Shown here: positions 62,530-64,000 of the stretch, one piece after another
Layout: each line of letters opens with the position of its first letter
Numbering within the stretch: position 1 is the stretch's first letter
NCBI RefSeq assembly: GCF_009914755.1
Contig: NC_060927.1
Length of the DNA: 64,000 bases
Source: the human T2T-CHM13v2.0 reference genome, Homo sapiens
Reading direction: 5' to 3' (one strand)
Translations under genes and position numbers: made by a program
Notes under the pieces: generated by a model
The model's database searches: none
What the model saw: the letters and a program-made list of their open reading frames with translations, nothing else
Told to the model about the DNA's origin: nothing

Positions 62530-63384
62530 GATTAAATGTGGCAACACACATAAAGTACATGGAGTAGTTGTTGTTATGATTATTATTGTAATTACTAGAG
62601 AAGTCTTGCATTCTGGAAAGCCATTTGATCCAGTAGATTCCCTCTAGTTCTAACCAACTTGGGACCCTGTGACTAGTCAGCCATCCAAGCCAACAAAGGT
62701 ACTAAAATAAAAATGGTGAACCAATCACTCTAAAAATATAGGGGGGGCTGGCCAATACTTCATTAAACTTGACCAACCATGTTGTAATTGTTCTCTTGAT
62801 ATTTATCAATGAGCTTCTGCACCAACAGCTCTCCTAGTTTAGGATCTAGGGAAACCCAGGAAAAATGCACTGTGTTGACTCTCACCCTCCCCTCCCCTCC
62901 CCTCACTATTAAAGACCAGCCCAGCATTTGGAGGAAGGCCTGACCTCCAGCTATTTTGGAGGGACCTATCTCCTATCAGGGGCTGATTCTGGTGGGAGCT
63001 GGGAGTGTTATTTACTGGCCAAGGTCTGCTCCAAAGTAAACATGTCATCACATTCCTCACAGCCTGTAACCTCCACAGGGAGAAGTTGGGCCATTGTGGA
63101 GCAAGGGAGGTGAAGAAACCTTATCTCACTCCATTTCAGCAGGATCCCACTTCATATACTCTTCAGGGAAGACATGGGGGAGAAAAAGGAATAGATCATC
63201 TTAAATGAGTTGAACAAAAGAGCACCTTGGTGCACTTATCCTCTGCAGTGATAGGTAGGGGCGATGAGATTTAGAAGACAAACCTTTTATGTAGTGAAAG
63301 AGCATGCATTTTTTTTCCGTGGGTGTGCCTTTGAATTTATCCTTATTGCCTTTTTTCTGCTCATAAAAGTCAAACAGACTTGTA

Positions 63385-63682
63385 GGCTGGGCGCGGTGGC
63401 TCATGCCTGTAATTCCAGTACTTTGGGAGGCCGAGGCTGGTGGATCACTTAAGGTCAGGAGTTTGAGCCCAGCCTGGCCAACATGGCGAAACCCTGTCTC
63501 TACTGAAAATACAAAAATTAGCCGGGCGTGGTGGTGAGTGCCTGTAGTCCCAGCTACTCAGGAGGGTGAGGCAGGAGAATCATTAGAGCCCAGGAGGCAG
63601 AGGTTGCAGTGAGCCGAGATCACACGACTGCATTCCAGCCTGGGTGGCACAGGGAGACTCCGTCTCAAAAAAGAAAAAAAAA
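63385..63682 (+). mobile_element. AluS
   Basis: TSD-like aaacagacttgt / aaacacacttgt. Confidence 0.93.
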
Positions 63683-63719
63683 ATTGAAACACACTTGTTC
63701 TTCCTTCCTTCCTTCTTCC

Positions 63720-63834
63720 TTTTGATGTAATTTTGTTTTGACGTAATTGACATACAGTAAACTGTACATATTTGAAATGTACAATTTTATAAGTTTTGAT
63801 ACCCACCCATGTATGTATATACACACACAGGAGC

Positions 63835-63881
<47 letters not shown>

Positions 63882-64000
63882 CATGCATGTATGTGTGTAT
63901 CCATGAAACCATTACTACAATCAAAACAGTGAACATATTCATCACCCCAGAAAGTTTCCAGGCCAGGCACAGTAGCTCACACCTATAATCCCAACATTTT
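63720..64000. mobile_element. L1M 3' end (-) with (TA)n(TG)n at 63835-63879; Alu 5' start (+) at 63961
   Basis: gacgtaattgacatacagtaaactgtacatattt...catcaccccagaaagttt; ggccaggcacagtagctcacacc. Confidence 0.8.

Overview
Primate (human-like) non-coding DNA, extremely Alu-dense: about 90 Alu pieces by hand count, roughly a third of the window. It also carries MIR, L2, old L1M fragments, MaLR/ERVL/ERV1 LTRs and DNA-transposon fossils (MARNA-like, Tigger, MER20, MER5A, MER45A, MER104/Kanga). The only gene-derived element I can support is a processed cyclophilin A (PPIA) pseudogene at about 12159-12903, with UTRs, polyA signal, target-site duplication (TSD) and two frameshifts. I found no intact protein-coding exon, RNA gene or novel multi-gene system, and the other ORFs are repeat-derived or chance. 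The best observations are fossils of DNA repair and rearrangement: a ~225-bp inverted templated copy of a unique Alu-tail/Tigger/Alu junction from 1 kb away, a tail-less inverted Alu fusion with a ~46-nt loop, and a snap-back micro-duplication. There are also candidate LTR-derived regulatory elements. Repeat family names come from recalled consensus sequences rather than a database search, and boundaries are approximate (about +/-20 bp for old repeats).
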